Source of the DNA: Octopus sinensis
Taxonomy: Eukaryota
Reading direction: 5' to 3'
Assembly: GCF_006345805.1 (NCBI RefSeq)
Contig: NW_021833068.1
Coordinates: 1-64,000, forward strand
Length of the DNA: 64,000 nt
A program made the translations under genes and the position numbers. The notes below the pieces were generated by a model. The model searched no databases. It was not told the origin of the DNA and saw only the letters and a list, made by a program, of their open reading frames with translations. Below, in pieces: positions 13,330 to 24,900 of this stretch (positions within the stretch are counted from its first letter, which is position 1; each line of letters opens with the position of its first letter).

Positions 13330-14050
13330 ACAAAGTCTAGGTGCATTCAAAATCAACCTCACTTACAACCTTTGTCTTTAATTCCAACTGATTTTGTATA
13401 GGCTGACCTTGCAAATAACTTCACAGACCCCGTGTGGCTTGCAAACAGACCCATTATTACTCCAACAAATGAAACATCACAATTTGTGAATGAATTTATG
13501 TTGACCAGGATCCCTGGCGAGGTAAAGATATACAGAAAGCTCAGATACAGTTGATAACGAAGCTCTGTACCTAATCAAATTCATCAACAAACTCCTACCA
13601 TCTGAGTTTCCATGGACATATCCTCACCTCAAAGACAAGAGGCTGCATTAGGTTTTCGAAGAATTTAGATGTTAAACAAGGCCATTGCAATGACACAGGC
13701 TACGTTATTATCTGCTTGCACGATCTTATTATTGTGACTGAGGTTGCTTGTGGCCCTTCTGCAGGATCAGTGCTGGTAATCTCAAGGATTCCGCATGGGT
13801 CTCAATGACTGGAGTTCCCATTCACAGTTACCACATAAACAATTTCCTGTGGAACCAGTCTCTGCCTTGACATGCAGCAAGGCACAGGGACAGACATTTA
13901 AACCAAGCAGAATATATCTTCCAACGCAATTCTTCTCCTGTGGTCAGCTGTAAGTTTCCTTTTCTAGATTTTGGATGAAGGCTAATGTAAAAATATTGGC
14001 TGAGACAAATAGAAACTGTATATTGACTGACAATTGTTTCCATAAGGAGG
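13330..14050 (+). mobile_element. Helitron PIF1-like helicase remnant
   Basis: WLANRPIITPTNE...VNEFMLTRIPGEVKIY...SDTV, NLD.KQGHCN, KQFPV and SKAQGQT motifs, heavily frameshifted. Confidence 0.7.
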
Positions 14051-14321
14051 TTCTACTTGAAAACAAAATGTGCATTTTAAGTAAGTTTCACAAAATGGAA
14101 TTTACAACTTTCGTTTTTTGAAAAATTCCACAGGATATTTAAACTGTCTCTATAACAATGGAAGTGTTTAGGGAGATGCTGGGACTTACAACAACAACAA
14201 CAACAATGAAATTTCAAAGTTTGTCTTTATTTCCACAGTTTATCTAGAACAATGAGGGAACCAAACCAGTAAAGGGGTCTACAGGTGGTAGAGAGATCTG
14301 CTAGAATTAGTAACCAAATCC

Positions 14322-14571
14322 GGATCTTTACCTTTCGACCGGCAGATTTAGAAAATAATTTCTTGTAACTAAACACTTTCAAACTTCGTATTCCGGTAGA
14401 ATGTGTTGTATAAAACATCTTTTACTCCTAGCGTTTTTGAGAAAAGTTTATATTTACAAAGTTATTTCGTGTTAAATTTGTCGTATTTCAGTAATTTCGA
14501 CCAATCAATGATGTGTATTCAGCTGAATAAAATTACTGCTAACCCATGCTAGCATGCAAAGCGGACGTTAA

Positions 14572-14636
<65 letters not shown>

Positions 14637-15755
14637 GTTTGTCAACAACAACTGGTGGTATATATTTCGTTTGTTGTTGTTATTTATGATACCGTTCGTG
14701 CGTTTGTACTGGTTTTAGCTTTAAGGTGTTAGGGTTAGAGTTAAGGTTTTAGTGTTAGGGCTAGGGTTTTAGTGTCAGGGCTAAGGTTTTAGGGTTAGGG
14801 TTGGGGTTTTAGGGTTAGAGTTAAGGTTTTAGTGTTAGGGCTAGGGTTTTAGTGTCAGGGCTAAGGTTTTAGGGTTAGGGTTAGGGTTAGGGTTAGAGTT
14901 ACGGTTTTAGTGTTAGGGCTATGGTTTTAGGGTTAGGGTTAGAGTTAAGGTTTTAGTGTTAGGGCTAGGGTTTTAGTGTCAGGGCTAAGGTTTTAGGGTT
15001 AGGGTTAGAGTTAAGGTTTTAGTGTTAGGGCTAGGGTTTTAGTGTCAGGGCTAAGGTTTTAGGGTTAGGGTTAGAGTTAAGGTTTTAGTGTTAGGGCTAG
15101 GGTTTTAGTGTCAGGGCTAAGGTTTTAGGGTTAGGGTTAGAGTTAAGGTTTTAGTGTTAGGGCTAGGGTTTTAGTGTCAGGGCTAAGGTTTTAGGGTTAG
15201 GGTTAGAGTTAAGGTTTTAGTGTTAGGGCTAGGGTTTTAGTGTCAGGGCTAAGGTTTTAGGGTTAGGGTTAGAGTTAAGGTTTTAGTGTTAGGGCTAGGG
15301 TTTTAGTGTCAGGGCTAAGGTTGTTAGGGTTAGGGTTAAAAAAGTCTTACCGAAAATAGTAGCTGAAAAACAGGAAAAAACATAACTAAAACCAGTAGAA
15401 ATGCACGAACGATTCTGGTGGTGCCATGAAGTAAACATGTTTCAGATAGACTCGTTTTTCATACAAACGTAACTGAGATGAAATATGTCATAAATAACAG
15501 TGACAAACGAAATATACACCGCCAGAAGTTGTTGTGTTGACAAACAACGGCAGTAATTTTATTCAGATGAATACACGCCATTGATTGGTTGAAATTACCG
15601 AAATACGACAAATTTAACACGAAATATAAACTTTTCTCAAAAACGCTAAGAGTAAAAGATGTTTTATGTGACACATTCTACCAGAATACGAAGTTTGAAA
15701 GTGTTTAGTTCCAAAAAATCATTTTCTAAATCTGCTGGTCAAAAGGTAAAGATCC
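14322..15755. mobile_element. Non-autonomous foldback DNA element with long TIRs, 8-bp TSD and telomere-like core
   Basis: GGATCTTT...AAAGATCC termini; CCAAATCC on both sides (14314-14321 and 15756-15763); arms 14322-14718 and ~15385-15755 are inverted copies. Confidence 0.85.
14722..15338 (+). repeat. Degenerate TTAGGG array with a 66-bp higher-order period
   Basis: agagttaagg recurs at 14941, 15007, 15073, 15139, 15205 and 15271. Confidence 0.92.
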
Positions 15756-15932
15756 CCAAATCCTACTCCATTCATAATTATCACCTTAAAGAAGGACACA
15801 TTAAACAATGTGGTTCTACGTTCTCTATACTTATGAAAAAGACAGGATGGTCCTGGATGGAAGGCATTTGATAATAGGTCTGTGGTGAAGATAGACTTGC
15901 GACTAAGCAACAGCAACAATTTACAAAGAAAT

Positions 15933-16138
15933 TTAATTGAATTCTGATGATAAACATTCGAGTGCATCTTGACATTCAGTTCTTTCAAGAGCTGCTTTTA
16001 ATATTTGAAGTGTACGTTTCTCTGGATCATTACCTCGCCACCATCTGAGCAGCATCTGGAAGCCTTGTTCCTCAACGTTAAGAGGATTGTTCTCCTTGAT
16101 GTTGTCCAGCTCATATTGTCTAATTCCTAATTCCCTTC
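15933..16138 (-). CDS. Terminal coding exon, death domain ([34 protein letters not shown]...[10 protein letters not shown]...*)
   Basis: ttttgcag acceptor; typical death-domain motif RELG...I...NP...EQ.FQML..W; TAA stop. Confidence 0.88.
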
Positions 16139-19100
16139 CTGCAAAAGAAATAAGAAATAATTGCAACAGCATTAACGATAATATAAAACCTGTGTACTGT
16201 AGGCTGTATTAATTAGGACAAAGAAATTATGTGAATAGAAGAATGAGAAATACTTAAGAAACAGGGAAATTAGAAGACATTGTTATCTATTTCTAAAGAT
16301 GTTGACAAAAATATCAAACAATTTGAAATAAAGGCTGGAGAAGGAGAAGAATATTTTAAAGAATTGAAAATTACACATGAGAAAATGTCTGGTGAACAAC
16401 TGGCAGGAGAAGTGTTTGTGTGGGTAGCAGTGTATGAGAGCCTAAAGAATTGACAAAGACCACCAACAGATAATTTCATCCATCCGTCCATTTTCTCTGC
16501 CCTCTATTCATAGGAGGGTTGTAGGGGAAGAGTCTTCAGGCACCTCCTTCATATGATCCTATCAGAGGCAACCTTCATTAGAATTTCTGAAAGGATTTCC
16601 AAGCATGGCCAATTGAAACTATGGATATCATCCAACCATTTCATTCTTGCTCTACCCCTAGGTCTCCTGTCAGTTGGCTCAGCTTGAAGAATCCCTCTTG
16701 TGGTTCTTTCCTGTGATATTTTAATCACATGCCAGGATTACTGGAGCTGTGAATTCTCAATGCAGAGAAGCAGTCACTTGACCTGGAGAGACCCCAAATC
16801 TCCAGCCTGCACACCTTGTTGAGTAACGTTACTCCAGAGACTCTTTGGAGGAATACAATCTCAGTCGTTTGATAATGTCCTGTGATCAATGCCTGAGATA
16901 GTCATTTGCGATGTCTTTCCACCTATGATTAATAAATATTTAAAAATTATCAACATTCAGAAATATCTCAAAAGTGGGGATTGTGTACCTGAATGATTTC
17001 AACCACCTCAAAGTAAAAATATAATACTGTTAGGTAAATATCACTTATTTTAGAGGGCACTGGCTTAAGGTTTTTGGATTCATGACTTATAACAAGAACT
17101 TCTTTCATTGGATCAAGGCCACAATTTCAAAGAATCTAATACAGGAGAGGCCCTAGAGTAAACAAAGCAATGAGAAGAGTTCTACCAACATCTACACCAT
17201 ACACCTACAACACTCGGGTCCTGATAGAATCACTGCATTCACAAACAAGCAAGTTTACAGGGAGGGCAGGTTAAGGTTAGGGCTGAGGAAGGACTTTGTA
17301 TGTGGCAAATATACAGGAATAGTTCATAGGAACAAGTATGAAAGACATAGTTGATAGTTTCTGTTACCTAAAGGACAGAATTAGAAGTAGAGGAAACTAT
17401 TCTGAAAGCACAGTAGTTAGAAGGAAAACGAGATGAAAAATGTACAGGGAGTTGTTATGTCTACTGGCAACTAAGGGATTCTGTCTCCATATGAGGGAGA
17501 GATTGCACTTTACAAATACACCTCATGCAATGTTACATAGAATGTGAAAGATGCAATGGAAACTGCCAGGAAATGAGGTGAGCAGACATCACTAGAAGTG
17601 TAATGTTAATGTGTTGAAAACTTGGAGCCAAATAACTGGATCTCAGAAGAATCTGTGATAGTGTACAAGAAAAAAGATAATGGTATAGATATAGAAGGGA
17701 CATGGCAGATGAAATCTGGGTAAAGAAGTGCCTGGAATTCAAGTGGAAAGAAACAAGCGATCAAACTGGACAAAGGACCACAACAACTCTGGGAGAAGTC
17801 GTCTGACCAATGCAAACTTAGAAAAATGGATGTAAGGTGATGATGATAATGGACCTGGTGTTAGTGGATTCATTTTATCCTAGTATATGACTGGTAAATT
17901 TTGTATGACACCCAGAGGTATAGCAAGCTGGCAATGTTGTAGATGATGACCTTTCTTAAATTAGATAAATCATTTCTGAGTGTGAACTGCCATGCTACAT
18001 GGTAGTGAAACATGGGCCATGACAGCTGAGGACATGCGTAGGCTTGACAGAAATGAAGGTAGTATGATCCGCTGGATGTGGAATGTCTGTGTGCATACAC
18101 GACACAGTGTAAACACCCTGAGAGGAAAGTTGGACATGAGAAGCATCAAATGTGGTGTGCAAGAGAGACGACTACGCTGATATGGTCACGTGTTACGTAT
18201 GGATGAGGACAACTGTGTGAGGAAGTGCCACTCCCTAACTGTAGAACGAAGCTGTGGAAGAGGTAGACCCAGGAAGACATGGAATGAGATGGTGAAGCAT
18301 GGCCTTTGAACATTGGGCCTCACAGAGGCAATGGCAGGAGACCGAGACCTTTGGAAATATGCTGTGATTGAGAAGACCCAGCAACTAAAGTGAGATCGCA
18401 GCCATGTCCGATGCCAGTGTTGCATGTCCGGCCCATTTAAGAGTATCCTTAATGCATCGGGTGACATGATATGCTTGAGAAGACCTGTTGAGTCAAGTAA
18501 AACCAAAATTGCAGCTGTGGCCAGTGCCCCATGACTAGCCCCCGTTCTGGTGGCACATAAAAGGCATCATCCGAATGTAGTCGATGCCAGTGTCATCTGA
18601 CTGACTCCTTGTGTTGGTGGCACGTAAAAAGGCGATCCGAACATGACTGATGCTAGGTCCACCTGACTGGCTCCTGTACTGGTGACACATAAAAAGCAGC
18701 CACTACACTCTCAGAGTGGCTGGCATTAGGAAGGGCATCCAACTGTAGAAACTCTGCCAGATCAGATTGGAGCCTGGTGCAGCCACTGGCTCTCCAGACC
18801 TCAGTCAAACAGTCCAACCCATGCCAGCATGGAAAACAGACGTCAAATGATGATGATGATGATGGTTTCTATAAGCTGACTCAGGGGATATTGTCATGAT
18901 CCCTTGAGTCAGGGATCAAAGGTTCAAATCTAATCCCCAGCACCGCTCAATGTACCTGGTAAAGACATTTCTCTATGCTTCACTCTATCTAGATGTATAT
19001 AGGTACCATAGGGAGGTGGAAGACATTGCTGTAAATAATAGGAGCATTGTATAAATGATATTTTATGTTGTGTTAAACTGTCAGAGAATGGGAAATGGGA

Positions 19101-21433
19101 TATTGTGATGTTCATGCCTTTCCACGTGACATTTGTAATGTAAAGGAGAGTGAAATGATTTCAATTGAGAAACAAGATCAAGTTGAGTTTGAATTTTCTG
19201 TTGAGATTCTTTTTTTTCTAATATAAATGAGTGTTTCATTAACTTACAATGCTGAGTTCAATCAAGCCATGAACACAATCAACAATGTGGCCTGTCTTCT
19301 ATAGGGACAGGAAATATATGTTGACCTGGGACTAAAGAATTACAGTAAATATAGAAAAACAGACTGGCCAGGGGAGAGATGACAACATGTCCCACACAAT
19401 GCACACTCTCATTTTAAAAAGGTTACATTTGATAATGTGGTCCTCTTCACCCAAGAGAAAGAGCGATGGCACATCTGGAACCCTTTCCCCTTAATTCTGC
19501 CAGATTAAGGCAGATATCTGCCGAAATAAACATCAACAACAACACTCTACTAGTAAACTTACTAAAAGTGTAAACAAGCAAAAACATTGTCATTAATTCA
19601 CCTGTTTACTCTTAAACAACAATATTTTTGAGTCCCCTTTTACAAACGATAGTATTAACTCTACTGGACCTTCTAATTTATACATTTTACAACCGTGCTG
19701 ACGTCCGTAGATATTTTATGAAATTTCAGTGATAGCTTTACTTTTTAGCTAAACTTTCAATTGGAAATTAGGAATGGAACCGGTTCTCAGTCATTCAAAC
19801 AAACAAAAGTTTAGCTGAAAGCAAAATTTATAGAAATTGGGTATTTTATACTCACCAAGTGGCTGCCATTTACCTGCCAACTTTTGGGACACCCTATGAA
19901 GATGCTTCTCCTCTACCATTACAGACTCTGAAATAAATATTTCCAAATTTTACACTTCATAGCACAATTTCCCGATCTCTGTTAATGGTTTATATTTTAT
20001 TATTGTAAGACATTCCTATCATCAATGGACAACTTCTGACCACTATAGGTTTGGTTGACACTTTTATACTTCCTACAGTGGTCCTATATAATGGCTCAAT
20101 ATTTAGGTCCATAACAAAATAGACTGACCTTCCTAAGCCTCCTTTTTCTATTAAGACATCCTACTTAATCTAACAACGTTGCAATCATCTTATTTAATGA
20201 TCACATGTTAACACCTTTTATCTTTCTTCTCTCTTGTATTCATGCTTAACCTATGACATGGCATTGTCCCCTCACCACTGGACTTCACTTAATCAACATT
20301 CCCCTCATCTTTTGCTTAATTCTGATGTCAACCAAGCTGGTCATCAACGACCTTGACACAAACTCATGTCACACCTGTTATCTTTGTCAAACGTTGCTGC
20401 TTTTAATCTTTAATTTGAAACTATGCAACTCACAGTTCACCAGAATTTCATCTGATTCAGGAAATATTTAAGGACTCCTTAATGAAATGCTTTTCTTTCC
20501 TGATGAGCCATGATTAGTTCTACACAGGTGAAACAGAAAGTGATAGCAAGTATCCTAAAACACTGTATACTTGCACAAAACATCTTTAACAACATGCAAA
20601 TGTTCATACACAGATTATCGCAAAGGAAAAACATCTGAAATGGTACAAAAGAAGTGATATTTAAGAATATATTATCAAGATGGTGATATAGATCAAACTT
20701 CAAGCACCAAATCTTGTTTTTGCCCAGAAGTTTTGACTTGGCAAATGCTTATTGCCCATCCTCGGTTTCTGCAATGACATCAATGCCTCTACTCTTATCG
20801 GACAATGAGATCGTCTACCACAGTCCAAAACGTTTTACAAGTTACTCTTTAACCTTTCGCATCGTTTCTCCTGCTAATTTGAACTTCACTTGCTTCTGTT
20901 GACCTTTCACAAATGTCAGAATGCATTCATTATTTGTTTCAAACAGCATTCTTGAGCAATTAATTAGTCCATCCAATCTATCTTGGACTGATTGCATATA
21001 CTTTGGATCTCTTGTTAGCATTTTTATGTCATCCATGAATGTCTTCTGAGGTGATTTCGCCTGAGTAATTTCTTCTCATAAATCTGCCGATCCCCATAAC
21101 AAGCACAAACCAAGTGACTGATAGTGTGCAACCTACAGCTATTCCAGTTTCAATGTTGGACACATGAAAATCTTTCTAGTGCTTGTGCCACATTAAAATG
21201 TACTCAGGACTCTTTATGAAGTGGTTGGTGTTGGGGAGGGCATCCCCCATAGAAAAGGTGGAATGTTTAAGGGAGATGTGTTTCTCAAGCAGTCAAGGGG
21301 GACAGTAACTCTGAACAAGAACTGACTTGGACAGTGATCACCCATCCATTACATGGAAGCAAGGAGAGCAGACTGTAAATGATGAGGACAATAACATCGA
21401 TTGTATTGTATCTTGCAACCAGTGTCCATCTTA

Positions 21434-21490
<57 letters not shown>

Positions 21491-21943
21491 GAAGAGAGAT
21501 CGAGAGAGAGAGAGAGACTTCAGAAGAGCAAGAGCATTGTCTCAGCACAAAGCTTCTTACTTGGACAAAGACATCGTTTAATGGTGTAATGATAGAGTTA
21601 CTAACAGTGAAAAAACAGACAGGGTGATCACACTTGTAAGCTTTCAACTTAACCATCTTGTTCAACAAGAACATCAACAACAATAATCAGTAAACTTATT
21701 GAAAATGTACAACAAACAAACACTGTCATTAACTCACCTGTTTACCATTAAACAACAAAATGTTTTTCTTCCTTCATTCAAAAGACAATATTAACTCTAT
21801 TGTTTTTTTTTTCTAATTTAACCATTTTAGCAACAGAGCCAACACTGCTGGACATTTTATTAAATTTCTGTAATATCAATATTTTAAATACAATTCATGT
21901 TGTTACACGACTGGAAAGTACAGAGGCTGCTACATGTAGATGC

Positions 21944-21977
<34 letters not shown>

Positions 21978-24900
21978 AGGAAGAAACAGGGAAGGAGAGA
22001 GAGACAACAATGAGATGAAAGAAAAGTGAATGTATCTCATTATGGGGAGAGAACAGCTTCAGGGTTTATATTTTATCTTTTGTATTTTGGCCTCATCGTG
22101 AAAGACATTTTTCCTGTGTCTCATGTTTCCATATTTCTATAAAACCCCTTTATTGGATATTCTTGCATTTGCAGGTAACGAATAGAATTACTTTTATCGC
22201 TAACCATTCAAAAGAAATGTAACAATGGAACCTGTTCTCAGTCATTCACACAAATAATATATCTCAGGTGAAGGTAAAATTTATAGAAATCAATTACAGA
22301 TATTTTATACTCACCAAAGATTCTACTTTTTCTTTACACTTTGGACATTCTGAAATAAGAATTGGAAATTAAGAATGGAACCTGTTCTCAGTCATTCACA
22401 CAAATAATATATTTCAGGTGAAGGTAAAATTTATAGAAATCAATTACAGATATTTTATACTCACCAAAAGATTCTACTTTTTCTTTACACTTTGGACATT
22501 CTGAAATAAGAATTGGAAATTAAGAATGGAACCTGTTCTCAGACATTCACACAAATAATATATTTCAGGTGAAGGTAAAATTTATAGAAATCAATTACAG
22601 TTATTTTATACTCACCAACAGATTCTGCAACCGTCTGGACTGCTTTTTCTTCAGACTTTGGACACACTGAAATAAGCATTTCAAAGTTTTATACTTCATA
22701 GTAAAATTTCTTTGTCTCTTTTAATAATCTATATTCCATTTTTGTAAGGCATTCATATCATCAATAGTCAATTGGTGACCACTATGCTTTCGGTCAACAC
22801 TTTCTAAGCTGTTACTATATAATAGTTCAATATTTAGAACCACAACAAAATAGGCAAACCTTTCAAAATCTCATCTTTCTCTTAAGACATCCTATATACT
22901 AATCTAACAATTCTGAAATTCTCTCACTTAGTTATCACTTCATAACACTCTTTTTCTCTTAGTTTTGTTGTTTCTTTCTTATGTCTTTGCTGGACAAGTT
23001 TAACGCAAAATTTCACATTGGTTATTTGTTCCTGCCCATTAGAAAATTGCAGACTACAGCCTATAAATGACCACAAAGGCACAAATTTCACAACTTTTAA
23101 AGTAAACGCAGTGGTGTCACCCAGCACACTGCCTCATGAAAGTCACTGCTAGCTCTCACTGTGCGCGCAACGGTGTGCTGCCATCTGTTGGCATGCTACA
23201 GAACTAGTCCATGAACTTTCTGATACCACCTTGGAGCAATGACCAGGCTTCATGTTCGAATTAAAACGAATCAACTCAAAAGTAAAACCAAAAGGTGAAA
23301 GAGTCAGAAAACAATGTCTCTTTTAGCAGTAATCACATCTAAAAACTAACGAGTGTGAGTATAAAATGTCTAAAAGGATGGCAAACCTTATAACAAGTGT
23401 TAATCATATATAGTTACGAACAAGGAGTTGCATGTTCAAATCTCACTGGAACGCATATTTTATTCCTATCTGTATATTTTATGTTAATACCAAAACTTTG
23501 TTTAAATGTAAACATGCTCAGAGTTCAATACTCAATTTAACGAAAGTTATTTGAATATCAATATTTTTAAACAGATTTAATATTATATTGCTTTCAATTT
23601 ATATCTAAAATATATATTCTAACCAGAGACATTCTGGGTATATACCCCCCCCCCACACACCAAGAAACACCATGTCTACACAGGTGGAACAGAAAATGGT
23701 AACAGGTGTCCTTAAGGCGGCAAACTGGCAGAATCGTTAGCATGCGGGGCGAAATGTGTAGCCGTATTTCATCTGCCGTTACGTTCTGAGTTCAAATTCT
23801 GCCGAGGTCGACTTTGCCTTTCATCCTTTTGGGGTCGATAAATTAAGTACCAGTTACGCACTGGGGTCGCTGTAATCGACTTAATACCTATGTCTGTCCT
23901 TGTTTGGCCCCTTGTGGGTAATAAAGAAAATGGCAACAGGTGTCCTCAAACATTCTACACTTGCATAAAAACCTCATTAACTACATATAACTGTTCATCC
24001 ATATAATTTGCAGTGCAAATACCTGAAAAGGCACAAAAGAACTGCTTCTCAAGAATCTAGGATATTTCTCACAACCTTCTTCTAGACATCAATCAAAGTT
24101 TCCTCACTCGTTTAATGACCCCTCTCTGAATCTGCCACATTGCAATGGGGTGAAAACCCAGCTACAAACAAATTTGAGGACACAAAATTTATACCTCTGT
24201 ACAAGGGTTTGACAGACACAAACTGTCTTTCCGATGTTGTACTTAATAGAAAAATAACATTACAAGGAATATGTAACACTACTCACTCCCCATTCCACCA
24301 CAAATGATAATTGAGATCAACTAATTGAAAATGCCTCTACAATGTTTTATAAATTACATCTAATTAGTGTTGGTGAAAATGATTGGGTCAATTTTCTGCC
24401 ACTCATTGTGTGATACTAATGTTATTTCATATTTTTTCATTGAATATCTCATCAATAACTTATCAGCTGTTAATATTTGTTGAAAATGTCTCAAAAGAAA
24501 TCGATTCTTAAAGCTCAAAGGTCTCAAATCACTGCATTATCAAGTGAAGGATTCTCTCAATTTGAAATTGCAAGAAAACTGAAATGCTTGAGAAAAGATT
24601 TCCATCAAAAGGTACAATGCGATAAATTATTTCAAAAATTGTAAAGGACAAGGTCGCAGAACGTGTACAACCATGAGGGAAGACAGGTTGCTGAAGAGGA
24701 CATCACTGGCGGATGGGAAAAACACCTCTTTTGACGAAGCTGCTGAGTTTTGGGTGGCAACAAAAAAAGATATATCAACTTCAGTGAGAAGAAGAAGGTT
24801 ATTAGAAGTTGAGTTCAAAGGATGTAAGGCCAAAAAGAAGCTGTTACTGTCTGAGGGGAACATGACGAAGCAATTGTGTTGGGCAAAAGAGCATGAAGAT

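Larger units (their letters stand above)
22224..22680. repeat. Three ~150-bp tandem units, each carrying a micro-exon
   Basis: aatggaacctgttctcag recurs at about 22224, 22375 and 22526. Confidence 0.9.

Noticed and set aside
14722-15338. True telomere or chromosome-fusion scar
   Set aside because: Single orientation, degenerate, and enclosed by TIRs with a target-site duplication
19601-21860. Extra exons ending at cag|gtga near 19601 and 21737
   Set aside because: Upstream stops or frameshifts and no convincing acceptor; the gene splices in frame without them
23714-23810. tRNA gene
   Set aside because: A/B boxes are present but there is no cloverleaf; it continues into a repeated SINE body
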